Positions 12,601-24,826 are shown, counted from the stretch's first letter. The stretch: DNA of 64,000 nucleotides from Torpedo marmorata (GCA_977017645.1 OZ360253.1:34534001-34598000), one strand, 5' to 3'. Notes: generated by a model not told the origin, from the letters alone. A program made the numbers and translations.

Positions 12601-15600
12601 TGAATGGAGCTCTGTTCAGAGCAGTGACCACCCCTCACGCCACCTTCTCCTGTGATCCCTGTTGACGATCTGGGCTTTTTGTTGAACTGACCTTCCTGCC
12701 ACCTGGTTTGCAAAGCTCTGAGACGCAGCAGAGGACTTCCAAAGCCTTGGAGAGCCTTGCCTGGCAAGATATTTAGGCAAGATACAGCAGTGTGGAGAAG
12801 CACGAAATTGTTTGACTCCCTCCCCCATAAGCTCTGCAAATCCTTTCCATTCAGGTACCCAGTCGACTGATATTTCAACACTGATTGAATCCGTCTTGCA
12901 GGAGAACAGACAGTCCATCCCAAACACTGTGATTAGTGAAGAAAGCCCTCACATTGATTTTGGTTTTGTTGTCCAGTCGATGACCTCTGGTTCTCGGTTC
13001 TTTCTGTCAATGGGAACAGTTTCTGTTTACCCCCCCCCCCCCCAACCATTCAGGATGTTAAACTCCTCACACTGATCGCCCTACAATGTTTAACTCCAGC
13101 TTCGCCAGTACATGCACACAATTAAAGCTCCTCATCCCTGGGATCATTTCGGGAAATCTCTTCGGCATCCTCTCCAAATACTTTCCTTCTTTCCGTAAAT
13201 CATTGAGGACCCCTTCCACCCTGCACACAGCATCTTTCAGCTGCTCCCGTCGGGGAAGAGATACAGGAGTATCAGAGCCAGCACCACCAGGCTGAGGAAC
13301 AGCTTCTTCCCACGGGCAGTGAGAATGCTGAACGACCAAAGGAACTGCTCACACTAACCATCCGAGACTCTCATATTCACCAAAATATCCATTTATTTAT
13401 TTATTTATTTGTATAGATGAATTCTTGTCCTGCATATGTATTGTTTGTCTGTATGTGAGTTGTGTCTGGTTGTGTGTCTGTGTGTTTTGCACCGAGGATC
13501 GGAGAACGCTGTTTAGTCGGATTGTACTTGTACAATCAGATGACAATAAACTTGACTTGAAGTGCACCAATGTTTCACAGCCTGACCAACTCACTCCTCT
13601 GCTCTCTGCTTCCACAGGAACCTGGATTCCACCTGCTTCCTTCACCCCTTTCTCAAGTTGCCCCAGCTGAAACACGCAGCCAGACCCTCTGGTCTTGAAC
13701 CTCGTGTAAAAATCGTGCCCTATTGTTTATTTCCACATTCTTCCTTCCAAAGTGTAACAGTTGCACCCTCAGTACTAAATTCCTCTTGCCACCAATCTGC
13801 CCCTTCCAGTGGCCTGTGTGCATCTCCCTGAGATCTATTTCCATCCTCCCCACAGTGGCCTGCACCTTCAAGTTCCATCATCTACAAATTTGGACATTGT
13901 GTCTCGTATACCCAAGTCCAAACTGTTAAGAAAATCAGGGGTCCCAATACCAATCCCTGGGGAATGTGACTGTCCATTTTCCTCTAATTGGGGAAAGTCT
14001 TTAACCACTATTGCCAATCCCTGATCTTTAGCCATTTTTATCCATGCTGTAATCCCTTTATTCCACAGCCGACAACCTTGAAGACAAAACTATTATGTGG
14101 CAGAGAAAAAATTGCTGGAGTGTCTGGCAGCATCCGTGGGTAGAAATGGTCAATCAATGTTTTGGGTCAGGAATGTAAGGGTCAGCATATGAGGAATGAT
14201 TGTCGGCTCTTGGACTGTACTCGTTGGAGTACAGAAGGACGAGGGGAGACCTTGTAGAGGCATTTGGAATGCTGAAAGGCCTGGACAGAGTAGATGTGTC
14301 AAGGATGTTTCCCATGGTAGGGGAGTCTAGGACAAGAGGGCACAACTTCAAGATAAAAGGGCGCCAATTTAAAACAGAGATGCGGAAAACTTTCTTCAGT
14401 CAGAGGGTCATGTGAGTCTGTGGAACTTGTTGCCACAGGCAGCTGTGGAAGCGAGGTTGTTGGGTGTATTTAAGGCAGAGATTGACAGGTATTTGATCAG
14501 TCGGGGCATCAAGGGTTATGGGTAGAAAGCCGGGGAGTGGGGCTGAGTGGGAGGATGGATCAGCTCATGATTAGAATGGCGGGCAGATTCGATGGGCCGA
14601 TGGGCCTACTTCTGCTCCTATATCTTGTGACCCTTTCTCCAGACTGTTGACTGACCATGGATGCTGTCTGACCTGCTGAGTTCCTCCAGCCATTCTTTAT
14701 CTGCTCAAGATTCCAGCTTCTGCAGTCTTTGTGTTACACTAGTATGTGGCGTTTTATCAAAAGCCTTTTGGAAAACCATGCATTTCCCATCAACTCTATT
14801 TCCCCTCATAGATCCTCTCTGTACTGTCATCAAAAATTGCCATGTTGGTTATACACAATTTACCTTTAACCTACACACGCTGGCATTCTCTAATCACAGA
14901 GGGTGGTGGGTGCTTGGAACACAGGTTGCAGGAGAAGGTGGTCAAGGCAGGTGCTATTGCAACGTTTCAGAAACATATGTACATCCCTTCCACTCCGCAC
15001 ACAGCATCTTTCAGCTGCTCCCGTCGGGGAAGAGATACAGGAGTATCAGAGCCAGCATCACCAGGCTGAGGAACAGCTTCTTCCCACGGGCAGTGAGAAT
15101 GCTGAACGACCAAAGGAACTGCTCACAATAACCATCCGAGACCCTCATATTCACGAAACAATATTTGTTTATTTATTTGTATAGATGAATACTTGTCCTG
15201 CGTATGTATTGTTTGTCTGTATGTGTGTTATGTCTGGTTGTGTGTCTGCGTGTTTTGCACCGAGGACCGGAGAACGCTGTTTCATCGGGTTGTACTTGTG
15301 CAATCAGATGACAATAAACTTGACTTGAAGATAGGATGGTGTACAGCAATGGTTTTCAAACTTTTTCTTTCCACTCACATACCACCTTAAGTAATCCCTA
15401 TGCCATAGGTGCTCTGTGATTAGTAAGGGATTACTTAAGGTGGTATGTGAGTGGGAAAGTTGAGAACCACTGCTCTGGACCCAATTGTTACTGAAATATT
15501 TTGCTTGAGAAAAATTGTCATTGGCCCATTTCCTTTGGAGTTATGAAACCGTGCACATAACGAGTCAATTAGGTACGATTAAAACAGTGGTTTTCAAACC

Positions 15601-18600
15601 TTTTTCTTTCCACTCACATACCACCTTAAGTAATCCCTTACTAATCACAGAGCACCTATGGCATAGGGATTACTTAAAGTGGTATGTGAGTGGAAAGAAA
15701 AAGTTTGAAAACCACTGGTGTACAGGGATATAGGCCAAATGCAGGCAGGTGGGACTAGTGTGGGTGGGATGGTGGGGGCGGATCAGTTGGGACAAGGGGG
15801 CGGTTTCCTTCCTGTATGACTCTGCTCCAATCCAGCCATTCTCAACGTAGGCCACAGCACATTGACGGGGGGGGGGGGGGGGGGCCACGGACTGAAACCA
15901 TAAAATATGTTTTTATGTAGTCGGTAGGAGAGAAGTACGGAAGAAAGCAACTAAACTTGACTGCTTCACAGGGAAGGGGGCCCATAAACGTTGAGCAGAG
16001 TCCTAAGGGGGGCCATAGACAACAAAAAAAAGATTGCGAATGGCTGATCTAGGCCATACTCATTTGATGATTCTGTTCCACAATTCTTTCTGGAACTTTC
16101 CACACTGCTGAGCTTATCTGGTTGGTCTCAGGTTACTTCAACTTCTTTTTGAGCAAGTGCACCCACACTTTGTCCAGTCCTTGAACACCACTCCAACATG
16201 CCTGAAAACTGTCCCGGAGAGCCAACAGGTCGGTGCCCAAACACCTGACTTAGGGCCTTGAGCCACAGCGTCCGGCCCAGAGGCGAGACTGAACAGTGTT
16301 GAATTCCTGTTGTTATCCAGCCTGGGATAAAATTACCCTTTAGTTCTGAGATGGCAGCTCCTCGGGCGGCACAGTTGGCGTAGCGGTTAGCGCAACGCCT
16401 TTACAGCGCCAGTGATCGGGACCGGGGTTCAAATCCCACGCTGTGTGTAAGGAGTTTGTACATTCTCCCCGTGTCTGCGTGGGTTTTCTCCGGGGGCTCC
16501 AGTTTCCTCCCACCCTTCAAATCGTAGCAGGGGTTGTAGGGGAATTGGGTGTAATTGGGCGGCATGGGCCGGAAGGGCCTGTTACCGTGCTGTATGTCGA
16601 AATTTAAAATTTATCCTGGAGAGTTAAGGTGTGGAAGCTGCCCTCCCAGGGAATGCTCGATGTTTGGATTGAAGCTGAGCTTTCACGTGAACCTTGTTTC
16701 CTTCAGGTGGAGAGACTGATCTCGGAGAAAGGCTGGGAGTTCATGTGGAACGAGAGAATCGGCTACATCCTGACCTGCCCATCAAACCTGGGCACTGGAC
16801 TTCGAGCTGGGGTGCACATGAAATTGCCCATGCTCAGCAAGGTACCACGGCCCATGTAGCTCCTGAGCTTCTTCACACCCAGACCGGGGGTTGTGCTGTC
16901 TGACTCTGCACTGTCCATAACGTTGGAACCACAGTGTACCTGAGCAGCAATGGCTCTGAATCTAACCCACCCTGTCTCTGCCTGATGGGGGCCATAGAGA
17001 CGACTCCAACCATTGCTTTCTTTCGTTATCAAAGTGTGGTTCTGGATTCTGGCCGGGACACAATGTTAAATGTTCAGAACCCATAGACGCGTACGTCAAG
17101 GCCGCCATGGTTATCGCAACACTATTATGGCGCCAGCGACCCAGGTTTAAATCTGCCGAAGGAATTTGTACGTTCTCCCCGTGTCCACGTGGGTTTCCTC
17201 CGGGTGCTCCGGTTTCCTTTCGCCCTGCAAAGAATTATGGGGTTTGTAGGTTAATTGGTCACATGGGAGTAATTGGGCGGCACGGGCATGTGGGACAGAA
17301 GGGCCTGTTACCGTGCTGTATCTCTAAATTAAATCAAAATATGCAACTTTGTTTTATGGATGCCCTGGGATGTTTAGAGGGAGCTCTATTCTGTTTCTAA
17401 CTTGCTCTGTCGATGCCTTGCCAGTGTCTGGAGAGGCAGTGCAGAGGGAGCTTCACCCTTACCCCTTTTACACAGAACTTGAAAGCCGGGTTTTATCCGC
17501 CTTTCGAGCCCTGTGTGAAAGAATCGCAAGGTGGATTGTGGGGGGGGGGGAGGGGGGGGGGGGAGTCTAGACTGACCCGTCTTCGATCCACCTAGGAAGG
17601 TAGTCTCAGAGGTGGAGCGTATTTGACTCACGGAGCCGGCTTTTTTCGCTTCTGTGTGAACACGCAAGCCGGCTTGCTAAGACGGGTCACGTCTATGGGA
17701 ATACCGCGGTTTTGCAGTATAAAAGGGGCTCCTGTATCTAATCCAATCTGCCTTTGTCCTGGGGGATCCTGAGAAGCATGTGTTAAATGCACTGTGGCAA
17801 AGTCCAGGGTGAAATGAATGCAAGATACAAAGGGGGAAAAAAAGTGACTTCAATTTCACAGGAAATGCAAGGTTCCTTACACCACACATGAAGCCACCGT
17901 GTATTTTACACATGCTTATCGGGATTTCCCAGGCAAGGGCATCTTGGATTAGGTACAGGATAAAGCTCCCTCTACATTACTCGAGAGTAATTGGATTTTC
18001 TTGGAATGAAGATCATCTCTAACAAGTCCTGACATAACACTTGCCTTAAATAAAATCTCCCTACCCTTGAATGGTGCATCTCCTGGCCTTGATGAACTCG
18101 GCAGAAGGTAGAAGCAGGGTATTGCAACGAAGGGCATTATAGACCACTAATCGGCACGGGGCGGCAACGCTGTTACAGCGCCGGCGACTGGGGTTCGAAT
18201 CCCGCGCTGTCTGTAAGGAGTTTGTAAGTTCTCCCCGTGTATGCGTGGGTTTCCTCCGGGGGCTCCGGTTTCCTCCCACCCTTCAAAACATACCAGGGGG
18301 TTGTAGGTCAATTGGGCGGCACGGGCTCGTGGGCCGAAAGGGCCTGTTACCGTGCTGTATGTCTGAAAAAAATTTACATTTTAAATTTAAAAAAATAATC
18401 TTCAGAAGGAGAGGGTGGGAGGTTGGAGATGGGATATCTTGTGATAAAACTCCTGCAATGTGTGAAGGATGAGAGGTGACTTTTTAGAAAGATAACATTT
18501 CTACAGGCCTCCACAGGGGAGGTGAAGGCAAAGTGTTTCCCCCAGACTGAGGCGCCCAGGAACAGAACACCCCATCTCAGAAGGAGAGATGGGACACTTA

Positions 18601-19739
18601 TGGCTGAGATGAAGAGAAGCAAAGGGGGGAAACCTTTGGAATTCTCTAATTAGAGGGCTGTAGAAGTTAATTATTGAGTTAATTCAAGATAGAGATTGAT
18701 AAATTGATAAATATTAAGGAAATCGGGAAAAGCAGATGAATGCAGGGATGTGGAAGAGCAGACACAAGAACAGGTTAGATGGGTATTCCTGGTGATTCCC
18801 TTCTCCGACGTCAGGGCCCATTCCCATGCCGAGCCTTCTGGGGAATCAGGCCCTCCCGTGGTGACGGACAGCCTCGACGGGGCCCGACAACATCAGACAC
18901 GTTCTCTGTGTTTCAGGACCCCCGCTTCGCGAAGATCCTGGAGAACTTGCGTCTGCAGAAGCGCGGCACGGGGGGAGTGGACACCGCGGCCGTGGGCGGC
19001 ATCTACGACATCTCCAACCTGGACCGGCTAGGCAAGTCCGAGGTCAGTGCCCACCCGTACCACGGTCCTGGGGGTGGGGGGGGGATGGGGGCAGGGAGGG
19101 AGGGGAGAAAGGAAAGGGGATGGAGAGGAGGAGGGGGGCGACAGGGAGAGGGGGAGGAGCGACGGGGAGAGGGGCAATGGGGAGGGAGGGGGCGATGGGA
19201 GGAGGGGCGACGGGGAGGGAGCGATGGGGAGGGAGCAATGGGGAGAGGGGTGACGGGGAGGGGGAGGGGTGACGGGAAGGGGAAGAAGGATGTTGAAGAT
19301 GGAGGAAATGGAGGGGGGAAGGGGAAGGGGAAAGGCAGTTAAGTGCGAGGAGGTTTAGAGAGGGGAATGTGGAGGAGGGATGGAGGAGGATGGGAATGGG
19401 GAAGAATCCAGGTAAAGATTGAGGAAGGGGGAGAAGGCGAAGGGATGAGAGGGGGGGTTGGACGGTAGAGGAGGGACTGGGTTGTGGGAGGGAGCGGTAA
19501 TGGGGGGGATGGGCAGGCTTCCTTGGGCAAGTGTCGGGCTGAGATGCGTTCCCACCCAATGTCCGGGATGCCCCTAGGATTTGTCATTGGGCCCAACGCC
19601 GAAAGGTTTGTTGCCTCCGCAGGTGGAGCTGGTTCAGCTGGTGATTGACGGGGTCAATTACCTGACCGATTGCGAGAAGCGGCTGCAGAGAGGACAGGAC
19701 ATCAAGATCCCTCCGCCTCTGAGCAACAGCAGACGCTGA
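511..19739 (+). CDS. CKMT1: Creatine kinase U-type, mitochondrial; complete gene span, 9 coding exons, 1254 nt / 417 aa
   Basis: Exons 511-659, 2843-3041, 4876-4971, 6747-6968, 8314-8399, 9380-9503, 16707-16841, 18917-19042 and 19623-19739 all have GT-AG boundaries and join in frame. Motifs present: [22 protein letters not shown]-type rather than S-type features (GAGSLAAG in the transit peptide, [18 protein letters not shown]), and linkage to STRC. Confidence 0.95.
1848..2505. repeat. TG-rich simple repeat with N-run (2095-2505)
   Basis: (TG)n-rich flanks and a GTG island inside the Ns. Confidence 0.7.
2843..3041 (+). CDS. CKMT1: CKMT1 coding exon 2
   Basis: [13 protein letters not shown]...[26 protein letters not shown]; AG/GT boundaries; 199 nt. 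Confidence 0.96.
3493..4365 (-). mobile_element. 5'-truncated Rex1/Babar-like LINE (RT C-terminus plus 3' tail)
   Basis: ORF 3573-4409 contains [20 protein letters not shown] and [11 protein letters not shown]; AATAAA followed by a TCTGA-type tail. Confidence 0.85.
4876..4971 (+). CDS. CKMT1: CKMT1 coding exon 3
   Basis: [32 protein letters not shown]; donor gtgagt; 96 nt. Confidence 0.96.
5882..6487 (-). mobile_element. Rex1/Babar-like LINE 3' fragment
   Basis: [20 protein letters not shown]; (TTCTGA)n tail; same family as 34212-35190. Confidence 0.85.
6747..6968 (+). CDS. CKMT1: CKMT1 coding exon 4
   Basis: [24 protein letters not shown]...EQQQLID; donor gtaaga; 222 nt. Confidence 0.96.
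7043..7350. repeat. 63-bp minisatellite, about 5 copies
   Basis: Unit CACTCTCCCAGGGGAGGGGACACAGGGGTTAGACAGAGTACATATCCCTCTACACCATCCTGT. Confidence 0.9.
7349..7507. mobile_element. hAT/Charlie-type palindromic MITE
   Basis: TIRs CAGTGGTTCTCAA...TTGAGAACCACTG; whole element is a hairpin; degenerate 8-bp flanks ctctacac / ctcaatac. Confidence 0.8.
7896..8215. repeat. 26-bp minisatellite (some 32-bp variants)
   Basis: Unit GGGAGAGTGTGACAGGGTCCCGGTCT. Confidence 0.9.
8314..8399 (+). CDS. CKMT1: CKMT1 coding exon 5
   Basis: [29 protein letters not shown]; donor gtaagt; 86 nt. Confidence 0.96.
8792..9230. mobile_element. Tc1-mariner/Tigger-like MITE with an internal 28-bp tandem repeat (8879-8990)
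   Basis: About 23-bp TIRs AAGTAAAAGTTCAAAAATCCGGA / TCCGGATTTTAGGACTTTTACTC flanked by TA. Confidence 0.75.
9380..9503 (+). CDS. CKMT1: CKMT1 coding exon 6
   Basis: [41 protein letters not shown]; 124 nt. Confidence 0.96.
10292..10696. mobile_element. Tigger-like MITE carrying a nested TA-flanked element (10458-10635)
   Basis: Outer TIRs CTGTAAAA..CCCCGGTATCCGG / CCGGATACCAGGGGTTTTACTG; inner TA|CCGT...ACGG|TA. Confidence 0.65.
10949..11203 (+). mobile_element. tRNA-derived V-SINE (HE1-like)
   Basis: A/B-box-like head, V-domain GGAGTTTG..TTCTCCC.GTGTCTGCGTGGGTTTCCTCCGGG, CR1-like 3' end and TAAATT tail. Confidence 0.85.
13200..13561 (+). mobile_element. LINE 3' end (Rex1-like), ...GACAATAAACTTGACTTGA tail
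   Basis: Near-identical copies at 14981-15329 (+) and 57378-57624 (-). Confidence 0.8.
14171..14630 (+). mobile_element. CR1-clade (HER1-like) LINE 3' fragment
   Basis: [29 protein letters not shown]. Confidence 0.85.
14981..15329 (+). mobile_element. LINE 3' end (Rex1-like), second copy
   Basis: [22 protein letters not shown]; same tail as the copy at 13200. Confidence 0.8.
15347..15717. mobile_element. Composite hAT MITE (two palindromic units plus spacer) with 8-bp TSD GTGTACAG
   Basis: GTGTACAG at 15339-15346 and 15718-15725. Confidence 0.85.
15833..16046. mobile_element. hAT-like MITE
   Basis: Imperfect TIRs CAGCCATTCTCAA...TTGCGAATGGCTG; no clear TSD. Confidence 0.6.
16364..16612 (+). 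mobile_element. V-SINE (HE1-like)
   Basis: Same consensus. Confidence 0.85.
16707..16841 (+). CDS. CKMT1: CKMT1 coding exon 7
   Basis: [45 protein letters not shown] (phosphagen kinase active-site Cys); 135 nt. Confidence 0.96.
17100..17340 (+). mobile_element. V-SINE (HE1-like), diverged
   Basis: Same consensus. Confidence 0.8.
17462..17728. mobile_element. Probable PIF/Harbinger-like MITE
   Basis: TIRs CCCCTTTTACAC / GTATAAAAGGGG with internal TGTGTGAA repeats. Confidence 0.5.
18152..18395 (+). mobile_element. V-SINE (HE1-like)
   Basis: Same consensus. Confidence 0.85.
18917..19042 (+). CDS. CKMT1: CKMT1 coding exon 8
   Basis: [42 protein letters not shown]; 126 nt. Confidence 0.96.
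19070..19510. repeat. GA/G-rich low-complexity tract in CKMT1 intron 8
   Basis: Purine-rich GGGAGG runs. Confidence 0.8.
19623..19739 (+). CDS. CKMT1: CKMT1 coding exon 9 (terminal)
   Basis: [41 protein letters not shown]. Confidence 0.95.
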   Translation: MELVQLVIDGVNYLTDCEKRLQRGQDIKIPPPLSNSRR

Positions 19740-19839
19740 GGTACAAGTCACTACCCAGCGTCCCTGCGGTTGATGTGTCACACACTTGGTACCATGGCTG
19801 CCAACCCTCTGGAATTTATCCCATTCCAACAGCAGCTTC

Positions 19840-19845
19840 AATAAA
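19840..19845 (+). terminator. CKMT1 polyadenylation signal AATAAA
   Basis: First AATAAA, about 100 nt after the stop codon. Confidence 0.6.
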
Positions 19846-19957
19846 CTCCCCAGCTGTTGCAAACAAAATGTGGCTGCTTGTCATCACCTCACTGGGCACA
19901 TCACCTGTGACTTCAACTAAGGGTTACAATGGCCGGAATCGGCTTCTACCAAAAGAT

Positions 19958-20462
19958 GCCATGGTTGGCGTAGCAGTTAGCATGACGCTGTTACAGCGCC
20001 AGCGATCGGGACTGGGGTTCGAATCCGGTGCTGTCTGTAAGGAGTTTGTACGTTCTCCCCGTGTCTGCGTGGGTTTCCTCTGGGTGCTCCGGTTTCCTCC
20101 CACCGTTCAAAAATGTACGAAGGTTGTAGGTTAATTGGGTATAATTGGGCAGCACGGACTCGTGGGCTGAAAGGGCCTGTTACCGTGCTGTATGTCGAAA
20201 TTTAAGAAGCGGCACGATAGCGCGGCACGGTTAGCGCAAAACTGTACCAGCGCCAGCGACCCGGGTTCAAATCCGGCGCTGACTGTGAGGAGTTTGTCCA
20301 TTCTCCCCGTGTCTGCGTGGGTTTCCTCCGGGCGCTCCGGTTTCCTCCCACCCTTCAAAAACGTACCGGGGGTTGCAGGTTAATTGGGATATTTGGACAG
20401 CACGGGCTCGTGGGCCGGAAGGGCCTGTTACCGTACTGCATGTCTAAATTTAAATTTAAAAA
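19958..20462 (+). mobile_element. Two tandem V-SINE copies downstream of CKMT1
   Basis: Copies at about 19958-20205 and 20208-20462. Confidence 0.85.
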
Positions 20463-20584
20463 GTCATTGCAGCTAGAACATCACTCCTCAACGAGGGAGA
20501 AATCACAGCCCCCTATCCCATCCCGAGCTGGGGGAAGACCACACAGAACCCGTCCCATCGAGAACCAGGAGACACAGCCTCAAG

Positions 20585-20845
20585 TTTTGGGAGTAGATTT
20601 AGGACGGAGGAACTGCTTTTCCCAGAGAGTGGTGAATCTGTGGAATTCTCTGCCCAAGGAAGCAGCAGAGGTTGCCGCATTAACTGTATTCAAGGCACAG
20701 ATCGATAGATTTTTGCCTTGTAGGGGAATTAAGGGATCTGGGGAATGGGCTGGTAGATGGAGCTGAGTCCACGGCCAGACCATCCATGGTCATGTTGATT
20801 GGCAGAGCAGGCTCGACGGGCCGGGTGGCCGGCTCCTGCTCCTCC
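20585..20845 (+). mobile_element. CR1-clade LINE 3' fragment
   Basis: RRNCFSQRVVNLWNSLP. Confidence 0.75.
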
Positions 20846-21111
20846 TCTCCCTGGCTGGGATATCCCCCGTGGTGGAATGGCCCCACATTGTGGTGAGGGG
20901 GGAATCTATCATCACCCTGTGATCAGAGACACCGCTTACACGGTCCTACGTGGCAACAGTAGGAAGCAAATGGAAGTGATTTAAATTCGAAGCCCCTGCA
21001 ATCATTCTCAGTGCCTTTGGTGTTGCCAGGGCAACAGGGAGCGGGATTGCTCTGGTGTCTGTGTGTTACTGAGCTGTCAACACCAAAGAGGAGGTGTGAT
21101 GGCCCCATGTC

Positions 21112-21800
21112 NNNNNNNNNNNNNNNNNNNNNNNNNNNNNNNNNNNNNNNNNNNNNNNNNNNNNNNNNNNNNNNNNNNNNNNNNNNNNNNNNNNNNNNNN
21201 NNNNNNNNNNNNNNNNNNNNNNNNNNNNNNNNNNNNNNNNNNNNGACGAATACACACACACACACGAATACACACACACATATACACACACACACAGACG
21301 AATACACACACACACACAGACGAATACACACACATACACACACACAGACAAATACACATACACACAGACGAATACACATACACACAGACGAATACACACA
21401 CACACACAGACGAATACACACACAGACGAATACACACACATATACACACACACAGACGAATACACACACACACAGACGAATACACACACAGACGAATATA
21501 CACACACATATACACACACACAGACGAATACACACAGACGAATACACACACATATACACACACACAGACGAANNNNNNNNNNNNNNNNNNNNNNNNNNNN
21601 NNNNNNNNNNNNNNNNNNNNNNNNNNNNNNNNNNNNNNNNNNNNNNNNNNNNNNNNNNNNNNNNNNNNNNNNNNNNNNNNNNNNNNNNNNNNNNNNNNNN
21701 NNNNNNNNNNNNNNNNNNNNNNNNNNNNNNNNNNNNNNNNNNNNNNNNNNNNNNNNNNNNNNNNNNNNNATACACCCACACATGCACGCGCACACACAAG
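21112..21800. repeat. CA-rich compound microsatellite (GACGAATACACAC...) with N-runs
   Basis: Direct inspection; Ns at 21112-21244 and 21573-21769. Confidence 0.85.
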
Positions 21801-22844
21801 CCCCAGCACATGCACACGCAGTGTTGTGACTCACCACGTCACCTGAGCACAGGTCCAGGCCACGACAGTGGATGGGGAAGGGATCGGTGACTTTAAACAT
21901 TCGACGTGTCCACAGCCCCTAAAATCCTCACACCACATCCCCACTCAGCGCAGTCAAGAGGGAAAATCATCCAGAGTCGAGGACGCTTAATGCAAGAGAA
22001 CAGATTCATTGTAATCACAACTTCACCCCAACTAACGGGGAGGGTGAGCTGTCCCACGTCCAGCCCCGCTGGCAACCACATCATCTGCACCCAGTCATCA
22101 CCAAGGGTGTTGAGCACGTCGGGACCATTGAGAAGGGAGGGGGGTTGAGGTTCAGTTCTACTCCACCGGCCTGTGGTGTCACCCCACACCCGGTGAACCT
22201 TTCACACCCATTCCCTGTTCCGTCTGTTCGTGGACGAAAACTCTTGCCGCACCGACACTGTCCATCCCTGGGTCTCCACGTCTACCACAGGGGGTGACCG
22301 CCAGTTACTGGGGAAGCAGAGGGCAGAGTCAGCAGAGCAGGGGGGGTGGGTGTCAACCAATCTTGCAGGGATTGTCCGGTTCGCTGACCATTCCGAAGGA
22401 GTCACAGAATGTTCTCCGGGGTCAGCGTTTTGTGTCAGTGCCCAGCGACCATTGCCAGGATCACCGACCACTGCCAGGGTCCCTCACTGTCGCCGGGGTC
22501 ACTGACCTGTCACACAGCCGGTCCGTTCTTGGTGCCAGGCCCGTGGGCCGTGTTACTGGGTCGTCCCCCACCAGCGGCAGCTCCTCGCTGGAAGGGAGAG
22601 GAGGAACAGAGAGGGGGTCTGCGGAGCGGCGAGCCCCCAAGGTAGGTTGAGGATGCCGACCTCTGCAGCTCTGCAAGCAGACAGGAGAAAGACTGCATCA
22701 GCGGCTGTTGTCCAGTGATTCACCACATCCAACAAGCAGCTGGTGAAACACTCAGTCATCGCACCTTTGGCCCAGTCTGCAGCGAGGCAGCGGAGACAAT
22801 CTAAAAAAACCCAGCTCACTGCGGGAGGGGCAGTGCGGAGGGGT

Positions 22845-24826
22845 GTTGCAGGGGAGTGCCGCAATTTTGGAGGGGAGTTGCGTGGGAGTGGTGCACTGTT
22901 GGAGGGTAGTTGCATGGGAGTGGTGCACTGTTGGAGGGGAGTTGCATGGGAGTGGTGCACTGTTGGAGGGGTGTTGCATGGGAGGGGTGCACTGTTGTGG
23001 AGTTGCATGGGAGTGACACACTGTTGGAGGGTAGATGCATGGGAGTGGTGCACTGTTGGAGGATAGTTGCATGGGAGTGGTGCACTGTTGGAGGGTAGTT
23101 GCATGGGAGTGATGCACTGTTGTGGAGTTGCATGGGAGTGACGCACTGTTGGAGGGGTGTTGCATGGGAGTGGTGCACTGTTGGAGGGGAGTTGCGTGGG
23201 AGTGGTGCACTGTTGGAGGGTAGATGCATGGGAGTGGTGCACTGTTGGAGGGGAGTTGCGTGGGAGTGGTGCACTGTTGGAGGGGAGTTGCATTGGAGTG
23301 GTGCACTGTTGGAGGGTAGATGCATGGGAGTGGTGCACTGTTGGAGGGGAGTTGCATGGGAGTGGTGCACTGTTGGAGGGTAGATGCATGGGAGTGGTGC
23401 ACTGTTGGAGGGGAGTTGCGTGGGAGTGGTGCACTGTTGGAGGGGAGTTGCATGGGAGTGGTGCACTGTTGGAGGGTAGATGCATGGGAGTGGTGCACTG
23501 TTGGAGGGGAGTTGCATGGGAGTGGTGCACTGTTGGAGGGTAGATGCATGGGAGTGGTGCACTGTTGGAGGGTAGTTGCATGGGAGTGGTGCACTGTTGG
23601 AGGGGAGTTGCGTGGGAGTGGTGCACTGTTGGAGGGGAGTTGCATGGGAGTGGTGCACTGTTGGAGGGTAGATGCATGGGAGTGGTGCACTGTTGGAGGG
23701 GAGTTGCATGGGAGTGGTGCACTGTTGGAGGGTAGATGCATGGGAGTGGTGCACTGTTGGAGGGTAGTTGCATGGGAGTGATGCACTGTTGTGGAGTTGC
23801 ATGGGAGTGGTGCACTGTTGGAGGGTAGTTGCATGGGAGTGATGCACTGTTGTGGAGTTGCATGGGAGTGGTGCACTGTTGGAGGGGAGTTGCATGGGAG
23901 TGATGCACTGTTGGAGGGGTGTTGCATGGGAGTGACACAATGTTGGAGGGGAGTTGCATGGGAGGGGTGCACTGTTGGAGGGGAGTTGCATGGGAGTGAT
24001 GCACTGTTGTGGAGTTGCATGGGAGTGGTGCACTGTTGGAGGGGTGTTGCATGGGAGTGGTGCACTGTTGGAGGGGAGTTGCATGGGAGTGATGCACTGT
24101 TGTGGAGTTGCATGGGAGTGGTGCACTGTTGGAGGGGAGTTGCATGGGAGTGATGCACTGTTGGAGGGTAGTTGCATGGGAGTGATGCACTGTTGTGGAG
24201 TTGCATGGGAGTGGTGCACTGTTGGAGGGTTGTTGCATGGGAGTGATGCACTGTTGGAGGGTAGTTTCATGGGAGTGATGCACTGTTGTGGAGTTGCATG
24301 GGAGCGGTGCACTGTTGGAGGGTAGTTGCATGGGAGTGATGCACTGTTGTGGAGTTGCATGGGAGTGGTGCACTGTTGGAGGGGAGTTGCATGGGAGTGA
24401 TGCACTGTTGGAGGGGTGTTGCATGGGAGTGACACAATGTTGGAGGGGAGTTGCATGGGAGGGGTGCACTGTTGGAGGGGAGTTGCATGGGAGTGATGCG
24501 CTGTTGTGGAGTTGCATGGGAGTGGTGCACTGTTGTGGAGTTGCATGGGAGTGGCGCACTGTTGGAGGGGAGTTGCATGGGAGTGGTGTACTGTTGGAGG
24601 GGAGTTGCATGGGAGTGACACAATGTTGGAGGGGAGTTGCATGGGAGTGATGCACTGTTGGAGGGGAGTTGCATGGGAGTGACTCAATGTTGGAGGGGAG
24701 TTGCATGGGAGTGATGCACTGTTGGAGGGGAGTTGCATGGGAGTGACGCACTGTTGGAGGGGAGTTACATGGGAGTGACGCACTGTTGGAGGGGTGTTGC
24801 ATGGGAGGGGTGCACTGTTGGAGGGA
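22845..24826. repeat. 32-bp (29-bp variant) minisatellite, about 2 kb
   Basis: Unit GTTGCATGGGAGTGGTGCACTGTTGGAGGGGA. Confidence 0.95.

Noticed and set aside
511-19739. Calling the kinase CKMT2 because of its MAS.FS start
   Set aside because: Most diagnostic residues and the STRC linkage favour CKMT1; a phylogeny would be decisive.
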